Shown here piece after piece: positions 1 to 11,437 of a DNA stretch of 53,560 bases (position 1 is its first letter; every line of letters begins with the position of its first letter). Source of the stretch: Girardia tigrina (taxonomy: Eukaryota). Position numbers and translations under genes: made by a program. Below the pieces are notes generated by a model. That model had not been told where the DNA came from. It saw nothing but the letters and a program-made list of their open reading frames with translations, and searched no databases. The stretch is taken from positions 1 to 53,560 of the forward strand of contig MQRK01228290.1 in NCBI GenBank assembly GCA_001938485.1, read 5' to 3'.

Positions 1-4
1 GAAA

Positions 5-46
5 ATTGCTGATGATGATTTTTTTAAAAATCGAAACATGTCCAAT
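5..46 (+). ncRNA. Minimal type I hammerhead ribozyme (PLE-type), intact
   Basis: ATTG-CTGATGA-T-[GATTTT TTTA AAAATC]-GAAA-CATG-TC-CAAT: full core, 6-bp stem II, palindromic ACATGT stem III, GUC cleavage triplet, stem I ATTG/CAAT. Confidence 0.85.
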
Positions 47-116
47 AGTTGTATTAAAAAAGCTTTAATCAAATTATATTTTCGAAGTACTAAACTTGCG
101 TTCACAAGACTCAATA

Positions 117-120
<4 letters not shown>

Positions 121-159
<39 letters not shown>
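121..159. repeat. (AT)n microsatellite
   Basis: About 19 perfect AT units. Confidence 0.95.
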
Positions 160-162
<3 letters not shown>

Positions 163-195
163 AAAACTCATCCATTAAAAAATATACTTATAGGC

Positions 196-235
196 AATCT
201 ATTTCGACGGATCTACCGACTTCTTCAGGTCACTG
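196..235 (-). ncRNA. Degenerate minimal hammerhead ribozyme at a PLE 3' end
   Basis: Minus strand gtgac-CTGAAGA-A-gtcgg tagat ccgtc-GAAA-taga-TT-gcc; core intact, mismatches in stems I and II. Confidence 0.55.
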
Positions 236-389
236 ATTAATAATCAATTCACCTGTATATAAATACAAAAATGATGATTGTGTAACCGATAAGTTAAATT
301 ATTTAATATATTACGGAAACACTGTTTTTTTATTTAATTACAATACATTAAACAGAAGAACAAAAAATAAAACCAAAGGTGTTTTATTA

Positions 390-1626
390 TCCTTCATCAC
401 TGTTAGAAATTACTCTAATTCTTTTTTTCGGAATCGAAGGTTCGAATTCACTTTCATCACTCGAAGTTATTTGTGCCGATTCGATGTTTGAAGTAGAAAT
501 ATTTACATTATGAGAGATGGTAATAAAATCGGTTATTAACAATTGCTTCGATTTTTTTTGTAAGATCTTTGTAAACTTCTTCATATTGAGCCAAGCAGTG
601 ATTTATGTCACGTTGGAATCGTAAAGTCCTTTCAACGTTTGTGTCATTTTGTATAAAATGATTACCCAGTTTTCTTCCCAATGCGAATCCTTCGCGGATG
701 ACTTCAGTAGTGAATGTTACTGGTACTAATTCCTCTTCATCAGATTTGTCGGACTCACTTTCGCAAACTAAGTTAACTAAATCATCCTCATTTACTTCTT
801 TATCAGCCATTAACTCTACGATATCACCATCAGTAAAATCCTCAAAACCTTCTCTGCCCAATGAATGCGCCATCTGTACTATCTGCGAATATTCATTATT
901 TAAAGTTGAAATGGAATGTTCATTATTGACTACATTTGGCCACAATTTTTTCCAACAGCTATTGAGCGTTGTTTGCTTAATCGCAGTGTATGATAAGGCG
1001 ATATGCTTCACACACTCTAATATTGTAAAATTTTTCCAAGCACTAATAACTGTTAAAAATTCATTGTTCTCCATTTGTTCCAAAATATATGTAAAGGCTC
1101 GTTTTATGTACAAAGCTTTAACAGTAGAAATTATGCCTTGGTCCAATGGTTGTAATAATGAAGTTGTATTTTTTGGTAAAAATTTTACTTCAACGTTCTC
1201 ATACTCTAGATCTTGTGGGTGACCCGGCGTATTGTCAATTAACAAAAGCACTTTAAAAGGCAATCCCTTTGAACTTAAATATTTTTTGGCATTTTGGATA
1301 AAACATTCATGAAACCATTCAGTAAACATTGCAGCAGTAACCCACGCTTTTTATGGAAATTTTAATGTGTTATTATGTAAAGTAAGAATTATTTTTTTAG
1401 GTTATTTAATATTTTTTTCAATAATATGTATATTAATTTTTTAAGAGATTTTAACATGTAAATAACAAGAAGACGTTTTTAAAATAACATTTATTCCAAA
1501 ACATCTTGCTTTAAAAGCGACTCCGGAAAAAAGTCTTTATGTGCTTGACATACTTCGATAGATTTGAGTAAACCGTGTAAATCGAAAACGTGTAAAACAA
1601 GTACCGTGTAAATCGGGGGATAGGTG
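390..1626 (-). mobile_element. pogo/Tigger-like DNA transposon, internally deleted (DDE_1 transposase C-terminal part 508-1350)
   Basis: ORF motifs KAWVT..MFTEWF, LLLIDNTPGHP, FLPKNTTSLLQPLDQGII; terminus TA-CACCTATCCCCCGATTTACACGG at 1628-1604; the other terminus was not found. Confidence 0.85.
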
Positions 1627-1628
1627 TA

Positions 1629-1945
1629 CTAACATCACATTTACATTCATTCCAATGTTCTGCAATATTACTCTCACTCCCTTGTCGACCATGTTCTCGA
1701 TTTCGTTTACAGAGATGACGGGCAGTCTCTCCAATAATTGTGGCATCGCACCCATTACATTTATGTCCATAAACAACATCAGCACAAGGTGTTAAAGGTG
1801 TAATCGATTTATTACTGAACATATTTTGAATTTCATGAGATCGTGATATAATTTTTTGTTAGTTGATTTTAACAATGCATTTATGAAGTTTTTAAATCCT
1901 TCAGAATAAGGTACAATTGAACAATATTTAGGCATATTATTAATA
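1629..1945 (-). mobile_element. Penelope-like element, GIY-YIG endonuclease remnant
   Basis: VPYSEGF...DVVYGHKCNGCDATIIGETARHLCKRNREH...SNIAEH. Confidence 0.85.
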
Positions 1946-3228
1946 TTAGGATGGTCGCAAAATAATGGCGATTTGGGACACAAAGTTCAAAGACGTGCAA
2001 ATTCACAGAAACAAAAGTTTATTAATCAAAGTATGAACCGTTGGCATCAATACATTTTTTCCAACGACAAACAAGTTGTTTTATTCCATCAGCATAAAAT
2101 GCATCGGTTCTCGAAGTGACGAATTCTTGGAAGGCATTTTGAGCATCATTTTGGTTTTTGAAAATTTTTTCACGTAGGAAGTTGTAAAAATGTCTGAAAA
2201 AGTAGAAGTCCGTTGATGAGAGGTCTGGTGAATATGGTGGATGAAGCAGGGTTTCATAGCCCAACTCATTAAGCCTTTGAAGAGTCACTTTTGAAATATT
2301 ATCATGAAGAAGGAAGGGACTTTTTCGATTGACCAATCCCAGACAAAGGGTTTTCAATGTTTTATGCATTTCATCAATTTCATGACAGTACCTCTCCGCT
2401 GTGATTGTTTCACCTGGATTCAAGAAACTATAGTTAATGATTCCAGCATCACACCACCAAACTGTCACCATAACCTTACGGGGTGTTAGTTTCGGTTTTG
2501 GAAAGTGTTTCGGTACTTAATCTTTGTCCAACCACTGTGCAGATCGACGTCGATCCATTTCTCATCTCAGGTAACAATACGATAGAGAAATGGATCGTTT
2601 TTATTGCGAAGATGATTGGCAGAACAAATTTCATAGCGTCGGTTCTTTTTATTTTCATTCAAATCATGTGGAACCCATTTATCAAGTTTCTTGATTTTTC
2701 CAAGNNNNNNNNNNNNNNNNNNNNNNNNNNNNNNNNNNNNNNNNNNNNNNNNNNNNNNNNNNNNNNNNNNNNNNNNNNNNNNNNNNNNNNNNNNNNNNNN
2801 NNNNNNNNNNNNNNNNNNNNNNNNNNNNNNNNATCTTCAAGGTTTTCATCTCCATCAGAAAATTTTCGGAACCATCGTTGCACTGTGCGCTCAGCAGCTG
2901 TTCCCTTGCCAAACGCTTTATTGATATTGCGAGCCGTTTCTGCTGCTTTACTACCCAGTTTAAATTCGTACAAGAAAATTGCTCGAATTTTAATTTTTCC
3001 ATTATTAATTTAGCACCGTAAATATTGTAAAAAATAACAGCAATATGTTAATAATGGCTATAGGAATATACNNNNNNNNNNNNNNNNNNNNNNNNNNNNN
3101 NNNNNNNNNNNNNNNNNNNNNGATTTCAAATAATATCTAACACTAATGCATTTAAACTTATATACATATCAAAGTAGATAAACAAAGTATAAAGCTCAAA
3201 AACCGCCATTATTTTTCGACCAACCTAA
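1946..3228 (-). mobile_element. mariner element (about 1.28 kb), degenerate transposase, inserted in the PLE
   Basis: TIRs TTAGG(A/T)TGGTCG(C/A)AAAATAATGGCG at both ends, flanked by TA; motifs MYEFKLG..ETARNI, VTVWW, LLHD, HPPYSPDLSSTD. Confidence 0.93.
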
Positions 3229-3230
3229 TA

Positions 3231-3690
3231 TATAATCATACTTCAATTTCTTTCTTAGATCCATTAGGAGAAGCCAAACTCTGATTTTCCAAACTATCTT
3301 TCAAAAGTATTTTATTCAATGTTTTCTTTATTAATTTTTCATGAAAAGATTTGAATTTTGATTCTGATTCAACAAATAACTCAATTAATTAACACTTTCC
3401 ACAGATTGAAGAAAAGTTGAAGACAACGACCAGGAGCGATAAATTAAGCCTCTAATCGTGTTTCATTTATACTTCAGTTAACAAAAACTCTCCGGTGAAG
3501 TATATAAACCGGTATCAGCTTGCTTCCTATAAAAACAATATTTTCCAGTCTCGTAACTAAGAGATTGTCTTTCAGCCAAAAGATTAAGAAATGGTCAGAC
3601 TCCGTTAGATTCATTTTCAACTGTAAAAGCAGCATTGGGATGTAAGGAATTCATAAAATTTAAAAATGAAAGTACATTTTTTATGAAAAT
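3231..3690 (-). mobile_element. Penelope-like element, RT C-terminal remnant (same copy as 1629-1945)
   Basis: Manual translation FLNFMNSLHPNAAFTVENESNG.*PFLNLL...YRKQADTGLYTSPESFC..KYK..IRGLIYRSWSLSST. Confidence 0.85.
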
Positions 3691-3715
3691 TTAATGAATT
3701 TATGAAAATTGTATA

Positions 3716-3945
3716 CAGTAAAACCTGCCATAAATACAAAAAAAATTCTTTACCTCTTTAAATTCCAATTTAAATTTTTAATTGAGATAATTTTAAATAT
3801 GTTATAAAATAAATAAAATTAAAATCGTATAAAATATACATTTAATACTATGTTTTTTTTGCCCAATTTTTTCCTGTACCTCTCTGAATTCCAAAAAAAA
3901 TCAAATTTACGATTGGAATTTAGAGAGAGTTGGGATTTACTACAA
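3716..3945. mobile_element. Possible Tc1/pogo-type MITE remnant
   Basis: TA-CAGTAAAACCTGCC start; internal CCTCT..AATTCCAA repeats with an inverted copy TTGGAATTTAGAGAG. Confidence 0.35.
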
Positions 3946-3999
3946 CTATAGAAACAAATAAATTTTAATGAATCTATAAATCAATCGATATTCTCTCAC

Positions 4000-4136
4000 A
4001 AATTCAAATAGATTTGTCTCATCTCGTTCATTCGTTTTTCCCGATATTCCTCAAACAATTCATCCAATCCATCGACATTCTCGAATAATTCCCGAAATTC
4101 GTCTTCATTTTCTTTCTCTTTTGTTCTTTCTTCCTT
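4000..4136 (-). CDS. PDCL: Phosducin-like protein PhLP1, coding exon 3
   Basis: ttcag|KEERTKEKENEDEFRELFENVDGLDELFEEYREKRMNEMRQIYLN|gtgaga; matches the phosducin EFLQQYRKQRMEEM segment; phase 0 join to exon 2. Confidence 0.88.
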
Positions 4137-4472
4137 CTGAATTGTATTTTCTTTCAATTGATTTATATCCATACATTGATTAAAGAGTTATGCTAATTTG
4201 TTTTTTTTAATTTTAAGCGATTTATTTTACTTTTTCAATATCGATTTAATTGTGTGTTTATTTTTATAAATTAATTTTATGTGTTTTCTATTATCAATAT
4301 TTATTTTTTATTTTTTTTTAATATTTATTGTTTGTTTTTTGGTTTTTATTTATGTTATTTGAAAAAAAATGTTACATTGATTTTTGATAATTATTTATTA
4401 TGAGATGTTATTTGATTTTTAGTTCACTACTCGAAATTTAAATAGTTTAAAAAAATTATTTGCAATTGAAAT

Positions 4473-4620
4473 TGTGAGGAATATTTTGTGTGTTGATGTT
4501 TTTGTGTAGTGTTTGCATGTTTGAATGTTGTGTGTTGATTTGAGATTGTGCCTCTCCTAACCAGATGGATGATCAATATTTTAGTTCTTATTATCTGAAA
4601 CTAATTTATTCAAATTTACA
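4473..4620 (+). mobile_element. Gypsy LTR fragment (TGTGAGGAAT family)
   Basis: Similar to the LTR at 17381 (TGTGAGGAAT...TGTGTTGAT...CTCTCCT..CAGATGGATGAT). Confidence 0.6.
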
Positions 4621-4759
4621 GTATTTATGTGCGTGTGTATGTATGTGCATGTAAATAATGTTCTTAACCGACATCCAATAAGAATACAGCTTTAGTAGCC
4701 TCTCCACTATGGTATTACGATACATAAAAGTATTTGTGACTATTCCGACATGACTTGAA

Positions 4760-5460
4760 ACCAACTTTTACCCACTCTGATGGCACAAATCGTCGCTTTA
4801 CAAGACACTGGAGTCTCGAACCGTGTAACTGCCCTACGATTAAATATTTGCCGCGCTGCAGTAGCCGACACTCTCCGTATTCATCAAGCCACCGGAGCCT
4901 TTGCCTATACGAAACGCAGTGGAAGACCGCGTATCACAAGCAAGATGACAGATCGAGCCATTTTGAGATCCAGCAAGACCAATCCATTTGCTGGTTCCCG
5001 CGCAATACAAGCTGATCTTCCGGCTAACATTGATAGATTGCCTAGCGATCGTACCAGCCTGTCAAGAAACCGCGTTTATCGTCGAAGGATATTCTTGACA
5101 GGTTCGCGCTTGCAAAAGCTTACCAATATTGGACAGTGGATCAATGGCGTTCGGTGATGAAACCACAATCTGTCAGCAAGGCACATGGATCCGCACGGTG
5201 CGTCGGCCGCCTGGTCACCGCTTTAGGCCACAGTACACTGTTCCCACTGTGCGGAGTGCGCCGAAAGTTATGAGTTGAGGCGCAATTGCTGCCAGAGGTC
5301 GCTGCGGTCTTCGGTACTACTATCACTTCGCCTGTGTACAACGGCATTGTTCGCGACAAGGTCCAACGCGGTGTAACTGATTTCCCCGTTGCACTAAGTG
5401 CGTCTATACAGCCAGAAGTCTCCAGAATCACTGAACGAAGGCACATGACTGGTCAGTTCT
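4760..5460 (+). mobile_element. Tc1-like transposase remnant
   Basis: HTH followed by RSGRPRITS; after frameshifts KKPRLS..RFALAKAYQYWTVDQWRSV and VRRPPGHRFRPQYTVPTV...VMS*GAIAARG. Confidence 0.8.
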
Positions 5461-5749
5461 CAGAGGGAAGCCGAAGCGTGCCCGTGCATTTGAAGCCGTG
5501 TGAGAGGATCAGAAAACTTTGTATTTGTGAAATGGTTTCTGTCCGGTTTAAAACTGGAAATTTCGATATTGCTAATTTGTTCTTTGAGATTTGTGTCGTG
5601 AAAATTGTTTTCACTGGCGATAATTCGTGTCGTTTCGAAATAGTTTTTCATGTTTTCCACTAATATCGGTATTGGTATTATTAAATTATTGATAAAAAAA
5701 TCGATTTCGGGAAATTTAGAATTTTTAATTGACAACTTTTACGAATTTA

Positions 5750-6680
5750 AAAATAATAACTAAAAAATAGAGAATATTTTATAAATAAGTAAAAAAATAA
5801 CTAAAAATAGAGAATATTAAAAAAAACAAATAAAAATAGTTATTTTTTGTTATTTTTTTAAATATTCTTTTTTTAGTTATTTTTTGTTATTTTTTAAATA
5901 TTCTTTTTTTAGTTATTTTTTAAATATACTCTAAAAAAGAATATTTAAAAAAATAACTAAAATATAGAAAATTCAAAATAACTAAAAATAGAGAAAAATA
6001 ATAAAAAATAACCAAAAAAGAATATTTAAAAAATAACTAAAAGAAATATTTAAATAAGTAACTAAAAAAGAATATTTAAAAAAATAACTAAAGTATAGAA
6101 AATTCCAAATAACTAAAAATTGAGAAAATTAAAAAAAATAACCAAAAAAAAGAATATTTAAAAAATAACTAAAAAAATATTGAAAAAAATAACTAAAAAG
6201 GAATATTTAAAAAATAACAAAAAATAGAATATTTAAAAAATAATTACAAAATAGATTATATTTAAAAAATAACTAAAAAAAGAATATTTAAAAAATAACT
6301 AAAAGAAATATTTAAATAAGTAACTAAAAAAGAATATTTAAAAAAATAACTAAAGTATAGAAAATTCCAAATAACTAAAAATTGAGAAAATTAAAAAAAA
6401 TAACCAAAAAAAAAGAATATTTAAAAAATAACTAAAAAAAGTATATTTAAAAAAAATAACTAAAATGTAGAAAATTAAAAATAACTAAAAATAGAGAAAA
6501 TTAATAAAAAAATAACCAAAAAAAGAATATTTAAAAAATAACTAAAAAAATATTTAAAAAAATAACTAAAAAAAGATTATTTAAGAAAAATAACTAAAAA
6601 TATAGAAAATTAAAAATAACTAAAAAATAGAAAATATTTAAAAAATTAACTAAAAAATAGAGAATACTTAAAAAAAAATA
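5750..6680. repeat. AT-rich minisatellite (about 22-25 bp unit AATAACTAAAAAAGAATATTTAAAA) with an inverted block and a higher-order duplication
   Basis: Dozens of visible units; about 5836-5930 is in reverse orientation; about 6020-6170 recurs at about 6280-6435. Confidence 0.85.
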
Positions 6681-7119
6681 TTATTTTGATTTGATTACAA
6701 TTTTAAATAAATGAAAAATTATTGGAAAATAGAGATGGGCGAATCGATTATTAAATTAAGAAAATATTTGGAAATTTCGTTTGAAAATTGTTCACGATAA
6801 ATGTATAAATTGAGTACAGAAATGATTTCTAAAATTGATGTAACAAACACTTCTCACATTTATATTTTCTAATATTTCTTTTATTATTTTCTAAAAGTTT
6901 ATATATTAATTTTCTAATCTGAAATGTTTTAATTAATTTTAAAATAATTATTTTATTTTTAATTTTAAATATTTATCTTCGTTATTTTGATTATTTATTT
7001 CCTTTTTATTGTGAATATTTATTTTCTATTTTTTTGGATTTTAACTAAAACATTTCTTTTTAAATAATTATTGTTTTACTTTTAATTATTTTTTAATTAA
7101 TTATTTTCAATGATATTAC

Positions 7120-7245
7120 ATGGGGCTGGCTGGCGAGAGACATGTTCCTATACAGATTCCTGACCTCAGCCTCGTCCTCGGTCCTCTTGAGCGCCTCGAG
7201 CTGCTTGTACCGCCTCCAGTCCTCCATCACGCCTTTCGGGCCCGT
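7120..7245 (-). CDS. PDCL: Phosducin-like protein PhLP1, coding exon 2
   Basis: ttcag|TGPKGVMEDWRRYKQLEALKRTEDEAEVRNLYRNMSLASQPH|gtaata; TGPKGV..DWR is the phosducin G-beta-gamma-binding signature. Confidence 0.95.
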
Positions 7246-8321
7246 CTGAATCCATTAACGCTCTCGTCACTCCATTTCCATCACCATCATCATCGGGTTT
7301 ACTTGATTATCGGTTCTCATTTGTTTAAGAATGTAAACGTGTGGAAAAATAAACTTAAACCACTTAAAGTGTCTCCTTTGTTTAATTAGAAATTTTTAAT
7401 AATTCAAAAAAATTATTTTCATTCTCAGAAAAATATTTTTAAATTATCAAATATTAACTGAAAAAAAACAAAAAAATAAAGAGTTTATTTAAAAAAAATC
7501 AAAAAATTAAATACTCTATTAAAAAATATTTTTTATAATTATTTAATTTATTATTGAATTTTTACTGAAAAAAATATTTTTTGAAATTAAATTAAAATAA
7601 TTTTGAAATGTTTAAAATTATTAAATTATAGTAGAAAAATATATTTAAATTTATTTAAATAAAAAATATATTTAAATTTTTTAAATAAATAATAATAATT
7701 TTTTTTAATAATTTGTTAAATATTTTTGAAATAATTAATTTATAGTAGAAAAATATATTTAAATTTATTTAAATAAAAAANNNNNNNNNNNNNNNNNNNN
7801 NNNNNNNNNNNNNNNNNNNNNNNNNNNNNNTAAATTTTTTAATAAATAATAAAAATTTTTTAATAATTTGTTGAATATTTTTGAAATTATTAAACGAAAA
7901 ATAGTGGAATTAAATTAAAACTGAAAAAATAGACATTTTAAGAATTAAAAAATATATTTAAAATTTTAAATAGAGACATTTAAAAATAAATTATTAAAAA
8001 AAGATAAAAATTATTTTTAAAATAATAAAAATCTTTATCATAAAAAATTAAAATATTAAAAAAATATTTTCATATTAAATAAAAATTATTGAAAAAATAT
8101 TTAAAAAGATTTTTTAAAAATTAATTAAAATAATTTATTAAATATTTTTTTATAATTATTAAAAAAATAGCAAAAATAAATTTTTAATAAAAGAAAAGTG
8201 ACGCAAAAAAACTAAAATGATTTAAGCAAAACGGTTTAAGTTAATTTTTCCATAGGTTAACACTTTAAAACCCTTGTGGATCAATAATCAACTAAAACCT
8301 CATCATAATTTAATCAGAAAC

Positions 8322-8519
8322 ATTTAAACTGTATCCGGGAACCGTCCCAAACATTTCATTCTTATTCAACGCCACTTTCTCCACCATCGCATTCGATCGC
8401 TTAACGATCTCGTCATTCGAGTCTTGCTCACTCGCCGAGTCGTCCGCTTCGTCTTCACTGCTGCTGCAATAATTGTGCACTTTTTCACCGAGAAGTTTAT
8501 CGTCGAGTGAAAGAGCCAT
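8322..8519 (-). CDS. PDCL: Phosducin-like protein PhLP1, coding exon 1
   Basis: MALSLDDKLLGEKVHNYCSSSEDE matches the PhLP1 N-terminus (LDDKLLGEK...SSSEDE); ends GYSLN|gt in phase with TGPKG. Confidence 0.93.
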
Positions 8520-9092
8520 TTTTTTGTTATTGCACAAAAATCAAAACAAATAAAAATCTAATTTGAATTTGAATTGTTCGACAATAATTTCAGTATATTG
8601 AAACAAATTCGAATTTCGTGTTGTCAACCTGATTTTCGAATATATTATTTTTTATTATTATTAAAAAAAATTTCCTAAAATTTTTTAGTTTCTTGTTAAT
8701 TTCTTTCTTTTGGTTGAAAATTTTTTTGAGATAAATTAAAGAATCAAAATAACAGGGGAATTGATATTTTTTGATGTAGAATATATTGAAGTCAGTATTT
8801 GTAAATGTTTGCTCCATTCAAATCGAAAATTCATGTTTTTGATGATCGTGATGTGTAATTTATCAAGTATGATTTATATATAAAATTGATACATAAAATT
8901 TCTGAAAAAAATATTATTTTTTTAATTTTAAATGTCATTTACAACCTTATAAAGTACTATAAAAGCTCAATAGAATATTAAATAAAGAATGATTGTGCAA
9001 GGAAGGACATCGATAAAGAGGAGTCGGATATGAAATCACGTGTCCCGCACTTCGCGATGATTCTACCAAATGCAGAAAACACAAAATTTTCT

Positions 9093-9580
9093 TGTGAGGA
9101 ATACATTAAATTGTATACGAATACATTATGTTGTTTTTAAAATTATTAAAATCATGTTTAAGAGTATATTGACCAGAGTATTGACTTTTGAAAAGATATA
9201 ATTTTGATTTGCTTTTATACTGATATTTTAATGGTTCTTATTAAATAAAAATCTCCTCCTTTAGCGGATGTCTATTCTTATTTCAACTATTCTTGATTCA
9301 CAGTAAATAACGTCTTTCTCTTTCGTAAGATACCATTACTTATGTGGTCTTCACAAGTCAAGTCGAAATAACCGTTTATTTGAAATCTAAAAATACAAAA
9401 TCAAGATTCAAATTAATGCTATATCTAATAACATTTAAACAAATACTACATTCTTACTTTCAATCAAAAGTCCGTGACATAGTCCTCCAAATGCTTCAGA
9501 AGATATTTCTTTCTTTGGTGTCTGTTTTCAATCTGTTCTCCTAATTGATTGTCAAATATATTTACAAGTTGTTCCTCATC
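9093..9580. mobile_element. Solo LTR (about 490 bp)
   Basis: TGTGAGGAA...TTCCTCAtc terminal inverted motif with TTCT on both sides as a 4-bp TSD; terminal CA is mutated. Confidence 0.55.
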
Positions 9581-9625
9581 TTCTTCTCATTGGCTGCTAC
9601 TTTCTCGAAAGGTTTCCATGCCACG

Positions 9626-10235
9626 TCAAGTATCGACATTGTATCTTCTCGACCATTCTTTTTTGAATTTAACCTTCACAACATAAGGTGATATTGATCG
9701 CAGAGCGGCAGTTTGAGCGCGGCAGCCTCGCCCAGAGCTCAACAGGTCGTATTTTGTTCTCGTTTTAGATTCGTGATTTATGCGTGATAAATATATCCTA
9801 TATAAATATTTAATCTTATAAGCAAACAATACACATATTGCTTCCAATGAACAAGAACCGCAGTCCAATAAACAATTATCTATCAGTTGATAATTTTTTA
9901 CACAATAAATATATTACATTTAGATATTTAATTTTATAAGTAAACAACACACATAATGTTTCCAATGAATAAGAACCGCATTCAACATAATCCCTAAGAA
10001 ATAAATATCTGTCAGTTGAAGATTTTCCACTATTTTGGAATATTATCGTTAATTCATTCCATTCATCATGAATGTCTTCACAATTTTTAATAAGAACTGA
10101 AATTTCGTCAATTTCTTTGATACACAATCTCTGATCGGGAATTCTTTCATAATTATCTTCGAAAGTCTTCATAAAATAATCCATATTAAAAATATAGCCA
10201 AAATGCAAAGTAATCTGTTCTTTTAAATTAGACAT
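9626..10235 (-). pseudogene. Unidentified intronless ORF with an internal repeat of about 40 aa, broken near 9870
   Basis: STDRYLF..ECGSYSLETLCVLFTYKIKYL..IYL recurs as STDR*LF.MDCGSCSLEAICVLFAYKIKYL..IYL. Confidence 0.5.
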
Positions 10236-10719
10236 TCAATCTCAAATAATGACAAGAAATCGATATTGCAATCATATTTATTGGATATCAAAATGCATGT
10301 ATAATAATACATTAAAACAATACCAATAATAATTCTAATTCTTTTTCAAATTTACATTTTTTCCATTACAAAAACTAAATTAACTATGTAAAGTAACTAC
10401 TTTACTTTCCCGATTGTGCAAGAGTTGGTTGATGATATCACATCAACCAGAACAATATTGCACAAAAAGGTCAAATTGCGCAAATGTAATTTGAAGAAGT
10501 AAGTGCACAAAATTAATATAAAAGTAATTTTGTATTTTTAGAAAAATAAAAGTTTTAATTTATGTTTTAGCGTTATCATTTTATATTAATATAAAATTGA
10601 ATGATTCCAAAAAACTAAAACAAAATTTTCTAAACTCTAATTTTTCAATTTTATTACATTTTCTTTTTACTTCAAAAAACTAATTCAACAAAAATACAAA
10701 TTTTCTAAACTTTTTCAAA

Positions 10720-11403
10720 CTACAAATTCAACGGGATCTCCTCCATACTGATTTACAGGTAATTTTTGACAACTAGCAAAATCTATATTATTCTCTCTAT
10801 TTTCTGCCATCGTTTCTTTTTTAACTTTTCTACGATTTCTCAAAGGATAATTAGACGTTTTGATACTTTTTTCGTAATTTCAATTATTAAAAGTATACTC
10901 TCTTTTGTTTCAAGAACAGAGGGCTCACCAAATATATTTATGTTGGGATTTTAATTATTAAAAATTATCTTTAATTCAATTATTCACTTTTTAAAACACA
11001 AATCTTAAATCTTTATCTTTAATCGTAAATCTCTTTTCTTATTTCTTTAATCAATAATCTTTTATCTTTTGATCTGACTCCAATTATTCAGAAAGGTCTT
11101 CCAACATAAATATATGAATAATGAACGCAAATTCTTTTATCAACTTTATTTCAAATAACAAATATCAACAAGTCACAAATAATAATAATAATTCAATTCT
11201 TTGATGACAGAATACAAATACAATCAATATTTCGTGTGAGTTAACAGATTACAGTAAAAACTGTGAATCTCCCAAAACGAACAATGCTTTGATTTAAACT
11301 TAAAACTTTTCTATAAACCTTGTTCTCCCATACAGGGTACTACAGGTTTTATTCAACTTTGAAAAGTATAAAGTAAATATTACTAATAACTCTACTTACG
11401 AAC
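10720..11403 (-). mobile_element. 5' part of an LTR retrotransposon (LTR, PBS, gag start)
   Basis: PBS-like TGGAGTCAGATC at 11082-11071; gag-like YPLRNRRK...KLPVNQYGGDPVEF. Confidence 0.45.
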
Positions 11404-11437
11404 NNNNNNNNNNNNNNNNNNNNNNNNNNNNNNNNNN

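Noticed and set aside
698-1222. Plus-strand 174-aa ORF
   Set aside because: Antisense to the pogo transposase.
6730-6740. TAGAGATGGGC hAT TIR match
   Set aside because: No partner TIR or TSD nearby.
7120-7389. Plus-strand 89-aa ORF with a His run
   Set aside because: Antisense shadow of PDCL exon 2 and its intron.
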